In this document: one piece after another, positions 55,842-64,000 of the stretch
Layout: each line of letters opens with the position of its first letter
Numbering within the stretch: position 1 is the stretch's first letter
Source of the DNA: Kiloniellales bacterium
GTDB taxonomy: Bacteria > Pseudomonadota > Alphaproteobacteria > Kiloniellales > JAKSDN01
Direction of reading: 5' to 3'
Assembly: GCA_030064845.1 (NCBI GenBank)
Contig: JASJEC010000024.1
Location: 1,102 to 65,101 of the forward strand
Length of the DNA: 64,000 nt
Program-made: the position numbers and the translations under genes
Notes under the pieces: model-generated
What the model was told of the DNA's origin: nothing
The model's input: the letters and a program-made list of their open reading frames with translations, nothing else
The model's database searches: none

Positions 55842-56408
55842 TCACTCTTCCGGCGTGAACTTCGTGATCTTCGTGCCCTGCAGATCGATCCCGGCCATCA
55901 GGCCCTTCTGCGAGAAGAAGAACACGTAGATGTCGCTCTTGCCCGACGTGGTCGTCAGGGACCCGGCCATGCCCTCGTCCCAGACCGTAATGGTAGGACC
56001 GGTTCCGACCTCCCAGCCGCCGCTCCTGTTCAGGTAGCTGAGCGCCTTGTCGTTCATGAAGTACATGGCGTAACCGACCCACTGCACACCGGCTTGAAGG
56101 CCGAAGGAAAGGGCGACCGAGTTGTAGTACCCGGTGGTCTTTCCGTTCACCCGGAGCGCGCCCTCGCCGCCCTGGGCGCCGATGATCAAGCCGGCCTTGG
56201 CGAGTCGTGGAATGACCAGGATGCCCTTGGCCTCCGGAACCAGAGCCTTGGCGTCGGCCGATTCGCTGTGCAGATTCGCGATCGCCTCATCGACCGCCTT
56301 GTCGATCTCGGCGGCCGAAGCGGCGTCGCTGGTCGAGGGTGTCAGGGAACCAGACGCCAAGAGAACTACGGCCACCAACCACCTCAGAGGAAACCATTTT
56401 CTAGCCAT
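55842..56408 (-). CDS. SYLF (Ysc84/DUF500) domain exported protein
   Basis: Signal peptide, then ..AKGILVIP...AG.IIGAQGGEGAL..NGKTTGYY....SFGLQAG.Q.....F.. is typical of the SYLF domain. Confidence 0.8.
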   Translation of the reverse strand: MARKWFPLRWLVAVVLLASGSLTPSTSDAASAAEIDKAVDEAIANLHSESADAKALVPEAKGILVIPRLAKAGLIIGAQGGEGALRVNGKTTGYYNSVALSFGLQAGVQWVGYAMYFMNDKALSYLNRSGGWEVGTGPTITVWDEGMAGSLTTTSGKSDIYVFFFSQKGLMAGIDLQGTKITKFTPEE

Positions 56409-56591
56409 TGGCTTTACCCCAGATTAGGCCGGAACAAAAAACGCGGGCGCGCCGGCCCGGCCCCGTTACGAGCGTGAGGCTAGCATCATTCACGTTCTGC
56501 CGCCACGACCGACACGTGGCGGCCGCCGCGAGGCGAGCGAGCGGACGAACCCAGCTTGCCTGCGGCGGCGGGGTGTTCTACCGATAGCGGT

Positions 56592-57692
56592 ATGGCCAAG
56601 CGCGCGCGCCCCCTCAGCTACGGCGGTCATCTGCAGCTCGACAAGCTGCTCGCGTGCCAGCAGCGCCAGAGCGCGGAGCTGGGCAGGCCGGCGCACGACG
56701 AGATGCTCTTCATCATCGTGCATCAGACCTACGAGCTCTGGTTCAAGCAGATCCTGTTCGAGCTCGACCGCATCGAGCAGATCTTCTCGGAGTCCGCGGT
56801 CGACGACCGTGACCTGGCGGTTGCGGACCGCGGCCTCGCCCGCATCGTCGAGATCCAGAAGCTGCTGCTGCAGCAGCTCGACGTGCTCGAAACCATGACG
56901 CCGCTCGATTTTCTCGACTTCCGCGACACCCTCTTCCCGGCCTCCGGCTTCCAGAGCCTGCAGTTCCGGTTGCTCGAAACGAAGCTCGGGTTGCGCCGGG
57001 GCGACCGGATCGCCTTCGAGGCGCGGCCCTTCGACAGCCGCCTGACCCGCGGCGACCGCGCCAGGCTGAAAGACGCGGAAGCGCGGCCGTCGCTGTTCGC
57101 GCTGGTCGAGTCCTGGCTGACCCGCACGCCCTTCATCGAGCTGCCGGACTACGACTTCACCGCCGTCTTCCGTCAGGCGGTGGCTGACATGCTGGACGCC
57201 GAGGCCGCGGTGATCCGCGACAACCCGGCGCTCGACGAGGCGCAGAAGAGCGAAGACCTCGAAAGTCTCGCGGCGGCGAGCGCGCGCTTCGATTCGCTCT
57301 TCGACGAAGAGGTGCACGGCCGCCTACAGGCCGAGGGGCGCTGGCGCTTCTCCGCGCGAGCGCTTCAAGCGGCGCTCTTCATCACGCTCTACCGTGACGA
57401 GCCCGCACTCAACGTGCCGTTCCGCTTCCTCGGCCACCTGATGGACATCGACGTGGGCCTAACCAACTGGCGCCAGCGCCACGCCCTAATGGTGCTGCGC
57501 ATGATCGGCCGCAAGGTCGGCACCGGCGGGTCGTCGGGGCACGACTACCTGCGGCAGACCGCCGAGCGGCATCGCCTGTTCGACGACCTCTTCGCGCTCT
57601 CCACCTTTCTGATCCCGAGGTCCAAGCTGCCGCCCCTGCCCGAGGAACTGAGGCGGGTCCTCGGCTACCGTTACAACGGGACCGGGGCGTGA
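56592..57692 (+). CDS. kynA: tryptophan 2,3-dioxygenase
   Basis: LSYGGHLQLDKLL..Q..HDEMLFIIVHQTYELWFKQILFEL, ..FRD.L.PASGFQS.QFR.. Start trimmed to ATG 56592. Confidence 0.9.
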   Translation: MAKRARPLSYGGHLQLDKLLACQQRQSAELGRPAHDEMLFIIVHQTYELWFKQILFELDRIEQIFSESAVDDRDLAVADRGLARIVEIQKLLLQQLDVLETMTPLDFLDFRDTLFPASGFQSLQFRLLETKLGLRRGDRIAFEARPFDSRLTRGDRARLKDAEARPSLFALVESWLTRTPFIELPDYDFTAVFRQAVADMLDAEAAVIRDNPALDEAQKSEDLESLAAASARFDSLFDEEVHGRLQAEGRWRFSARALQAALFITLYRDEPALNVPFRFLGHLMDIDVGLTNWRQRHALMVLRMIGRKVGTGGSSGHDYLRQTAERHRLFDDLFALSTFLIPRSKLPPLPEELRRVLGYRYNGTGA

Positions 57693-58855
57693 ACCTGAAG
57701 CCGCACTTCGGTCGCTTCCTCGAGGCCGATCCGGAACGTCTGCATTTCGCCGCCCACAGCCACCACCTCTGGCCCGACGTGACGCTGAAGGCACAGGAGC
57801 GTTGTTGGCGCGACGCAGCGCGCCTCGCCGACCGCAAGTGGGAGATGATCTTCGGCGAGCTCTATCCGGAAACCCAGCGCCAGGTCGCCGCGATCCTGAA
57901 TCTGCCCGATCCGGCGACCCTGGCCTTCGGCCCGAACACGCACGCCTTTCTTTTGCGACTGCTCTCGTGTCTCGACCCGGGGCGTCCTCCCAAGGTGCTG
58001 ACGACCGACAGCGAGTTCCACAGCTTCGAGCGCCAAATGTCGCGGCTCGAGGAGGACGGCCTCGCGAACGTCACGCGCGTCGCGGCGGAGCCTTTCGAGA
58101 GTCTGACCGAGCGCCTGGTCGACGCGGCGTCGCCCGGCGGCTACGACCTCGTCTATGTGAGCCATGTCTTCTACAACTCGGGCTATGCCCTGCCCGATCT
58201 GGCGGCCGTGGTCCGCGCCGTGCCCGACGGGGAAGCGCTGATCGTGATCGACGGCTACCACGGCTTCATGGCACTGGAGACCGACCTTTCGGGGCTCGCC
58301 GACCGGGTCTTCTACACCTCCGGCGGCTACAAGTACGCCATGGCCGGCGAAGGGGTCTGCTTCCTCCATTGCCCCGCCGGCTACGGCACGAGGCCGTGGA
58401 ACACGGGCTGGTTCGCCGCCTTCGACGCCCTGGCCGACGGACCGGAGGCGAGAACCGCCTACGGTCCCGGAGCCAACCGCTTTCTGGGCGCGACCTTCGA
58501 TCCGGTCGGGATCTACCGGCAGAACGCCGTGCTGTCCTGGCTGGACTCCCTGGGCCTTACCATCGCCGATATCCACGACCACGTCTGCCACTTGCAGCGC
58601 GCCTTCATCGACGGCCTCGAGAACCTGGCGCTGCCAGACCTGCGGCCCGAAGACCTCGTCGTGCCGCTGGCCGAACCGAACCGCGGCAATTTCCTGACCT
58701 TTCGGACCGAGGGCGCGGGCGACCTGCACCGCCGGCTTATGGCGGCCAAGATCGTCACCGACTTCCGGGGCGACCGCCTGCGATTCGGCTTCGGGATCTA
58801 CCAGACGCGCGACGACGTCGAGCGCCTGCTGGCGCGTCTCGCCAAGCTCACCTGA
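57689..58855 (+). CDS. kynureninase-like PLP enzyme (class V aminotransferase fold)
   Basis: ..YTSGGYKYAMAGEGVCFL.. (Lys in a YKY context) and the C-terminal ..DFRGDRLRFGFGIYQTRDDV.. align by eye with kynureninase (..CTYKYLNGGPG.., ..REPRIMRFGFTPLYTT..). GTG start with a GTGA overlap with kynA. Confidence 0.65.
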   Translation: MNLKPHFGRFLEADPERLHFAAHSHHLWPDVTLKAQERCWRDAARLADRKWEMIFGELYPETQRQVAAILNLPDPATLAFGPNTHAFLLRLLSCLDPGRPPKVLTTDSEFHSFERQMSRLEEDGLANVTRVAAEPFESLTERLVDAASPGGYDLVYVSHVFYNSGYALPDLAAVVRAVPDGEALIVIDGYHGFMALETDLSGLADRVFYTSGGYKYAMAGEGVCFLHCPAGYGTRPWNTGWFAAFDALADGPEARTAYGPGANRFLGATFDPVGIYRQNAVLSWLDSLGLTIADIHDHVCHLQRAFIDGLENLALPDLRPEDLVVPLAEPNRGNFLTFRTEGAGDLHRRLMAAKIVTDFRGDRLRFGFGIYQTRDDVERLLARLAKLT

Positions 58856-58980
58856 TCGGGGACCGAATTCCGCCAGACCGGGCCGACCGGCTGCGGCCTT
58901 TCCTATCCCTCACCCGTTTCCCGTGCTAAGCTTCTGATTAGTAGACAGAAACTTGGATTCTCCTGGGGAGGGACGCGGCC

Positions 58981-59973
58981 GTGAAGAAGTTCTTGAATTC
59001 AGTCGACACCATCTTGAGCGAGAGCCTCGAGGGCTTCGTCTCCGCCCACGCGGAGATCCTCAAGCTGCATCGCGAGCCGACCTTCGTCACGCGGGCAGAC
59101 GCGCCGGTCAAGGGCAAGGTCGCGCTGATCTCCGGCGGCGGAAGCGGCCACGAGCCCCTGCACGGCGGCCTGGTCGGACGCGGCATGCTCGACGCCGCCT
59201 GTCCGGGCGAGGTCTTCACCTCGCCGACGCCGGATCAGATGGTGGCGGCCGCCGAGGCCGTCGACGGCGGCGCGGGCGTGCTCTTCATCGTCAAGAATTA
59301 CTCCGGCGACGTCATGAACTTCGAAATGGCCGCCGAGATGTATGAAGGCGACCAGGCCACCGTGCTGACCAATGACGACGTCGCCGTCGAGGACAGCACC
59401 TTCACCACAGGCCGGCGTGGTGTGGCGGGCACCCTGGTGGTCGAGAAGATCGTCGGCGCAGCCGCCGAGGGCGGCGCCGATCTGGCGGCCTGCGAGGCGC
59501 TGGGAACGCGGGTCAACGCAGCGACAGGGTCCATGGGCGTCGCGCTCACCAGCTGCACGGTTCCCGCGGCCGGCAAGCCGACCTTCGACATCGGCGAGAC
59601 GGAGATGGAGATGGGCGTGGGGATCCACGGCGAGCCCGGCCGCCGCCGGGTCGCGCTCGGCTCTGCCGGCGAGATCGCCGGCGAGATGACCGGCGCGATC
59701 CTGGAGGACCTCAAACCGGACAGCGGCCGCAAGGCGCTGCTGCTGGTCAACGGCTTCGGCGCGACTCCGATGATGGAGCTCACGCTGATGTACAAGCTGG
59801 CGCGCGAAGCCTTCGAACAGAGCGGTGTCGAGGTCGCGCGCAGCCTAGTGGGCAACTACGTCACCTCGCTCGACATGGCCGGCTGTTCCGTGACCCTGAC
59901 CCTGCTGGACGACGAAATAGCGGGCTACTGGGACGCCCCGGTCAACACCTCGGCGCTGCGCTGGGGCTGCTGA
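58981..59973 (+). CDS. dhaK: dihydroxyacetone kinase subunit DhaK
   Basis: ..ALISGGGSGHEPLHGG.., ..NYSGDVMNF.. GTG start at 58981, with GGGGAGGG upstream. Confidence 0.93.
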   Translation: MKKFLNSVDTILSESLEGFVSAHAEILKLHREPTFVTRADAPVKGKVALISGGGSGHEPLHGGLVGRGMLDAACPGEVFTSPTPDQMVAAAEAVDGGAGVLFIVKNYSGDVMNFEMAAEMYEGDQATVLTNDDVAVEDSTFTTGRRGVAGTLVVEKIVGAAAEGGADLAACEALGTRVNAATGSMGVALTSCTVPAAGKPTFDIGETEMEMGVGIHGEPGRRRVALGSAGEIAGEMTGAILEDLKPDSGRKALLLVNGFGATPMMELTLMYKLAREAFEQSGVEVARSLVGNYVTSLDMAGCSVTLTLLDDEIAGYWDAPVNTSALRWGC

Positions 59974-59980
59974 GCGCCCG

Positions 59981-60409
59981 TCAGTCCTTCGCCATGATCT
60001 CGGCCATGCGCCGCGCCATCTCGCGTATCAGGTCTTCGAGCGCCTTCTGCCGCGACGGGTCGTCCATGACCGGGACCTCGACCTCCAGCGTGGTCGTCAC
60101 GCCGGGCGCGGCGGCATGGCCGAGCTGGCGCGACTGGTTCGGGTGGGCCGCCCGATAGGCGGCCAGGAAGGCTTCCCGTTCCGCCGGCGAGAGGTGGCAG
60201 ACCTCCATGATCGGGCCGACGTGGCGCACCGGCAGCGGCGTCGGGTCGAGCGGCGAGGTGATCTGGGAAACGAAGCTCTTGTGGGTTCCCAGCACGCGCG
60301 CGATGCGCAGCCGCATGCCCGACGGTCGCTGGTCGATGAAGGACCGCAGGACCTTCTTGTAGGCCGCGATCAGCTCCTGCTTGTTGATCCGGACAGCCTG
60401 CTCAGCCAT
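59981..60409 (-). CDS. hypothetical helix-turn-helix protein (possible regulator)
   Basis: 142 aa. ..GMRLRIARVLGTHKSFVSQITS.. looks like an XRE-type HTH. The start overlaps the ptsI stop by 8 nt, suggesting translational coupling. Confidence 0.55.
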   Translation of the reverse strand: MAEQAVRINKQELIAAYKKVLRSFIDQRPSGMRLRIARVLGTHKSFVSQITSPLDPTPLPVRHVGPIMEVCHLSPAEREAFLAAYRAAHPNQSRQLGHAAAPGVTTTLEVEVPVMDDPSRQKALEDLIREMARRMAEIMAKD

Positions 60410-62039
60410 GGCTTTCGATCCGCCCGCTTCCGATCCGATGTGCGCGGACCGCGGCCTTCACCAAGCCGAGCGCCGCCGGCGGGACCGAGAGCGTTCGGAT
60501 CCCGGCATCCAGCAAGGCCGGCACCTGCGCCGGCAGGCTCGCCATCTCTCCGCAGACGCTGACCTCCAAGCGCTTCGCCGCGCCGGCGGTGGAGACCCGG
60601 GCGATCAGCTCCAGCACGGCGGGATTGAGCGGGTCCTGCAGGTACTTAAGGCCGAGGCTGTCCCGACTGGCCGCCATGACGTACTGGACCAAGTCGTTGG
60701 TGCCGATCGAGAAGAAATCGCTCGCGAAAGACTCGACGGCAAGCGCGGCGGCGGGCGTTTCCACCATCATGCCGAAGGCCGGCATGGCCGCCTCCGTGCC
60801 CTCGGCCTTCAAGGCCGTCACCGCCTCCGTCATCAGCGCCCGCGCCTGGTCGAGCTCGTCGGGTGTGGCGACCATGGGGACCATGACCTTGAGCCTGCCG
60901 TGGCACGCCGCGCGCGCGAGGGCGCGCAGCTGGACCCGGAAGACCTCGGGATGCGCCAGCGACAGCCGGACGCCCCTGACGCCGAGGAAGGGGTTGGCCT
61001 CGCTCTCGGGCGTGAGCCCGGGAATCGGCTTGTCGGCGCCGGCGTCCAGGGTGCGCACCGTCACCGGCCGCTCGCCGGCCCAGTAGAGCAGGCCCCGGTA
61101 GATCCGGTACTGCCGCTCCTCGTCGGGCAGGCCCTCGCCGAACAGGAACTCGGTCCGGGTGAGACCGATGCCGTCGCAGTGGTCGGGGTCGACGTCCTGA
61201 AGCATGGTCGGATCGTCGACGTTGAGCAGAACCGCGATCCCGGTCCCGTCAGCGGTGACCGCCGGCTCGGACAGAAGTTCGTCCTGGGCCCGCCGGACGG
61301 CCTCCCGGTCGGCGATCTGCCGGCTGTAGGCCGCGCCCCGATCGGCCGTGGGCCGCAGGATCAGGCAGCCCTGCTCCGCATCGATCACCGCCTCGGCCCC
61401 GGGCTCTATGTCCTGGGGATCGCTGGCGAGGTTGATCAGGAAGGGAACGCCCCGGGCGCGCGCCAGCATCGCCACGTGGCTGTTTGCGCTACCGCCGGCG
61501 AGCGCGACCCCCTTCGCCTTCGTCCAATCCATGTCGAGGAAACGGCTGGGCGTCAGCTCGCCGGCCACCACGATGGCGCGCTCGGGCAGGACCTCTTCCT
61601 CCCGGTTCTCGCCGCCGAGGGCGACCAGCACCCGGTCGCGCAGATCGATCAGGTCCTCCGCCCGGGCTTGAAAATAGTCGTCGCCGGACGCCTGATAGTC
61701 CTGGATCTGGATGTTCAAGGCATCGCCGAAGGCCCCCGCCGCCGGCTCGCCGCCCGCCATCGCCTCCTGCGCGGGCGCGACCAGTTCGGGGTCGGCAAGC
61801 ATTGCAATCTGGAACGCCAGGATCTCCGCCGCCGTTTCGTCGCCTTCAGCCGCCAGCTCCTCGAGCTCCTTCGCCGCCCGCCGCAGCGCCAGATCGAGCG
61901 CTTTGCGCTCTTCCTCCACCGGACGGCGTTCCGCGGCCAGCGTCTGCCAGCGCGGCGGGCGGGCCCGGTGAATGACCCCCATGGCGAGGCCCGGTGCCGC
62001 GACCTCGGCGCCGATTACGCGTTCAGGCGGGCTGCTCAT
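60402..62039 (-). CDS. ptsI: phosphoenolpyruvate-protein phosphotransferase (PTS enzyme I)
   Basis: ..GGSANSHVAMLARARGVP.. (phospho-His), ..GLTRTEFLF.., ..FFSIGTNDLVQY... Start trimmed to ATG 62039, overlapping the HPr-like gene by 17 nt. Confidence 0.92.
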   Translation of the reverse strand: MSSPPERVIGAEVAAPGLAMGVIHRARPPRWQTLAAERRPVEEERKALDLALRRAAKELEELAAEGDETAAEILAFQIAMLADPELVAPAQEAMAGGEPAAGAFGDALNIQIQDYQASGDDYFQARAEDLIDLRDRVLVALGGENREEEVLPERAIVVAGELTPSRFLDMDWTKAKGVALAGGSANSHVAMLARARGVPFLINLASDPQDIEPGAEAVIDAEQGCLILRPTADRGAAYSRQIADREAVRRAQDELLSEPAVTADGTGIAVLLNVDDPTMLQDVDPDHCDGIGLTRTEFLFGEGLPDEERQYRIYRGLLYWAGERPVTVRTLDAGADKPIPGLTPESEANPFLGVRGVRLSLAHPEVFRVQLRALARAACHGRLKVMVPMVATPDELDQARALMTEAVTALKAEGTEAAMPAFGMMVETPAAALAVESFASDFFSIGTNDLVQYVMAASRDSLGLKYLQDPLNPAVLELIARVSTAGAAKRLEVSVCGEMASLPAQVPALLDAGIRTLSVPPAALGLVKAAVRAHRIGSGRIESHG

Positions 62040-62316
62040 CGAACCTGCGCTCGACCAAGTGGACGAGGGCCGCGACCGCTTGCTGCGCGTCGGCGCCACG
62101 CGCCTCGAAGAACAGCGTCTCGCTGGTCCGCGCCTTGAGCTTCATCACCTTGACGATGCTCTTCGCGTCGACCCAGTCACCGCCGTCGCCGACCCGAAGC
62201 CGAACCTCGCTGGAGAAGCTCGCGGCCAGCTGCGTCAGCTTGACGGCCGGGCGGGCGTGCAGGCCGACGTCGTGGGAGATAATGGTCCGCCCCTCGGCGA
62301 CAGTCTCGTCAGTCAT
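62023..62316 (-). CDS. HPr-family phosphocarrier protein
   Basis: 97 aa. ..HDVGLHARPAVKL.. (active-site His) and ..AKSIVKVMKL... Confidence 0.9.
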   Translation of the reverse strand: MTDETVAEGRTIISHDVGLHARPAVKLTQLAASFSSEVRLRVGDGGDWVDAKSIVKVMKLKARTSETLFFEARGADAQQAVAALVHLVERRFDEQPA

Positions 62317-62332
62317 GCTCGGTCCCCGCGTA

Positions 62333-62725
62333 TCATGAACCCGACTCCTCGGCGGCGGCGCGGACCTCGGCCAGCGAGCTGCCGGTCGACGCCTGGGTCG
62401 CCGCCATGACAGCGCCCTCGACGATCGGCGCGTCGCAGATCGAGACCGTGCCGCGGCGATCCTCGGGCAGGAGCTCGATGGCCATCTCGGCGTTCATTTC
62501 CGCGCCGCCCAGATCGACCAGCAGGGCCACGCCGGCCGGGCTCCAGACCTTCTCGATGCTCTCGCTGATGCGCGCGACGTCGGTGCCGAGCCCGCCGTCG
62601 GCGTTGCCGCCGCACCAGGCGACGCCGACGGTCTCGCCGACCATCTGCCGCACCATCTCGGAAGTGCCCCGGGCGACGTCCGGCGAGTGCGAAACGATCA
62701 CGATGGCCACCTTGTCTCCGCTCAT
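62333..62725 (-). CDS. dhaM: DHA kinase phosphotransfer subunit DhaM (EIIA-mannose-like domain only)
   Basis: VAIVIVSHSPDVARG.. (His in an SHS context) and ..LLVDLGGAEMNAEMA... Confidence 0.88.
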   Translation of the reverse strand: MSGDKVAIVIVSHSPDVARGTSEMVRQMVGETVGVAWCGGNADGGLGTDVARISESIEKVWSPAGVALLVDLGGAEMNAEMAIELLPEDRRGTVSICDAPIVEGAVMAATQASTGSSLAEVRAAAEESGS

Positions 62726-63354
62726 AGCTCTTCTCCAAACACGGCGCAGACCTCCTTGATCAAAAGGCAGCTCGACATGGCGCCCGGATCGAGATGACCG
62801 ATGCTGCGTTCGCCGAGAAAGGAGGCGCGGCCCTTGGTCGCCCGCATCGGGCGGGTCGCTTCCAGGCCCTGCTCGGCGGCCGCGTTAAGCCGGTCGATCA
62901 GAGCCGCCGGCGGCACGCCCTCGGCCAGGCCCTGCTCGAAGGCCTCCTGGACCGGCACCAGGACGTCCAGCATGGTCTTCTCGCCGGCCTCGGACTTGCC
63001 GCGCTGCTTCACCGCCGTGACGCCTTCCGCGAAGGCCGCCGCGACGCCGGGGCCGTCAAGCTCGGCGCGGTCGCCGGCCGCCTTGGCCATGCCCAAGAGG
63101 AGGCTGCCGTAGAGCGGACCCGAAGCGCCGCCCACCTTCATGACCAGGGTCAAGCCCGCCTTCTTCAGGGCCGGACCGGGCTGAAGCGCGCTCAGTTCAT
63201 CGGCGATCGCCGCGATCTCGTCGAAACCGCGCTTCATGTTGAGGCCGTGATCGCCGTCGCCGATCGCCTGGTCGAGCGCCGTCAGGTTCTCGACGTGGGC
63301 CGCGATGACTCCCGCCGTTCGCTCGACGACCCGCTTCATCAATTCAGGTTCCAT
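62722..63354 (-). CDS. dhaL: dihydroxyacetone kinase ADP-binding subunit DhaL
   Basis: ..LDQAIGDGDHGLNM.. and ..GGASGPLYG... Start trimmed to ATG 63354. ATGA-type overlap with dhaM. Confidence 0.92.
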   Translation of the reverse strand: MEPELMKRVVERTAGVIAAHVENLTALDQAIGDGDHGLNMKRGFDEIAAIADELSALQPGPALKKAGLTLVMKVGGASGPLYGSLLLGMAKAAGDRAELDGPGVAAAFAEGVTAVKQRGKSEAGEKTMLDVLVPVQEAFEQGLAEGVPPAALIDRLNAAAEQGLEATRPMRATKGRASFLGERSIGHLDPGAMSSCLLIKEVCAVFGEEL

Positions 63355-64000
63355 AGGCAGCCTCCACCTTCGCACCCGCGGGACCGCTCGGGATCCGATT
63401 GCCGTCGCCGTCGAACGCGAGGGCCGCCCCGGGGCGCACCGCGATACTGGTCTTCTCGCCCTCGGCGACCGGGTCGTGAGCGCCGAGCAGCGCCCTGACG
63501 CTCTCGCCTTCCGCCGAGAGCAGCACCAACGTCTCGACGCCGAGATGCTCGACCGCGAGGACCTCGGCGGGAACGCCCTCTGCCTGGTGCAGGCGGACGT
63601 CCTCGGGCCTGACGCCGATCGTCTCGGCCCCGGGCGGCAGGTCTTCGAGGCCCAGGCGGCCGCGCGGCACCAGGTTGATCTGCGGGCTGCCCAGCCGCCG
63701 GGCGACGTGGATGTTGCTGGGCTGCTCGTAGACCTCGCGCGGCGAACCGATCTGAACCAGGCGGCCTTCCGACAGCACGCCGATGCGGTCCGCCAGGGTC
63801 ATGGCTTCCAGCTGGTCGTGGGTGACGTAGAGGATGGTGGCGCCCAGGTCGCGCTGGATGCGCTTCAGCTCGACCCTCAGGTCTTCGCGTAGCTTGGCGT
63901 CGAGCGACGACAGAGGCTCGTCCATCAGGTAGATCGCCGGCTCGCGGACCAGCGCCCGGCCGATCGCGACCCTCTGCATCTCGCCGCCGGAGAGCTGGGT
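63344..64000 (-). CDS. ABC transporter ATP-binding protein (MalK/UgpC-like), partial (5' end outside the window)
   Basis: The window edge reads ..TQLSGGEMQRVAIGRAL (signature motif), followed by IYLMDEPLSSLD Walker B, an H-loop (VTHDQ) and a C-terminal regulatory-domain-like region. Confidence 0.9.
   Translation of the reverse strand, partial: TQLSGGEMQRVAIGRALVREPAIYLMDEPLSSLDAKLREDLRVELKRIQRDLGATILYVTHDQLEAMTLADRIGVLSEGRLVQIGSPREVYEQPSNIHVARRLGSPQINLVPRGRLGLEDLPPGAETIGVRPEDVRLHQAEGVPAEVLAVEHLGVETLVLLSAEGESVRALLGAHDPVAEGEKTSIAVRPGAALAFDGDGNRIPSGPAGAKVEAAYGT

Noticed and set aside
60381-62138. 585-aa plus-strand ORF
   Set aside because: It is antisense to ptsI and the HPr-like gene. This is a shadow ORF with Arg/Gly/Pro-rich composition.

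Overview
High-GC chromosomal window. Gene order (mfd-sdhE/recG, an Rrf2-led suf operon) and the intergenic repeat type suggest an alphaproteobacterium, but that is inference. I call about 65 protein genes, 2 tandem tRNA-Leu genes and several intergenic repeats or palindromes. I saw no rRNA, CRISPR array, transposase, integrase or prophage. The backbone is housekeeping: fatty-acid activation genes, mfd, sdhE, recG, upp, and suf Fe-S assembly. Between these sit catabolic modules: a URC-like uracil module, a quaternary-amine module (BKACE-MttB-DAO/GcvT-thioesterase), a large sugar-acid supercluster, tryptophan dioxygenase with a kynureninase-like gene, and a PTS-dependent DHA kinase. The items I could not explain with standard annotation are listed here. 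(1) A secreted protein with about 20 [N/S]-P-C tripeptide repeats fused to a cytochrome P460-like CXXCH domain. (2) A roughly 19% GC block in front of an orphan TadG(VWA)-TadE-TadE pseudopilin module that has no pilin or secretion genes. (3) A bacterial URC1-URC4-upp operon facing a nucleobase permease. (4) A non-Pyl MttB operon with no corrinoid partner. (5) A SUKH protein with an L7/L12-CTD-like tail. (6) A tandemly duplicated DUF502 protein. (7) A 272-bp MITE-like element. I cannot say from sequence alone which of these, if any, is truly undescribed. Many long ORFs in the supplied track are antisense shadow ORFs typical of high-GC DNA and were rejected. Several starts were trimmed or reassigned, including TTG and GTG starts, by reading the DNA.
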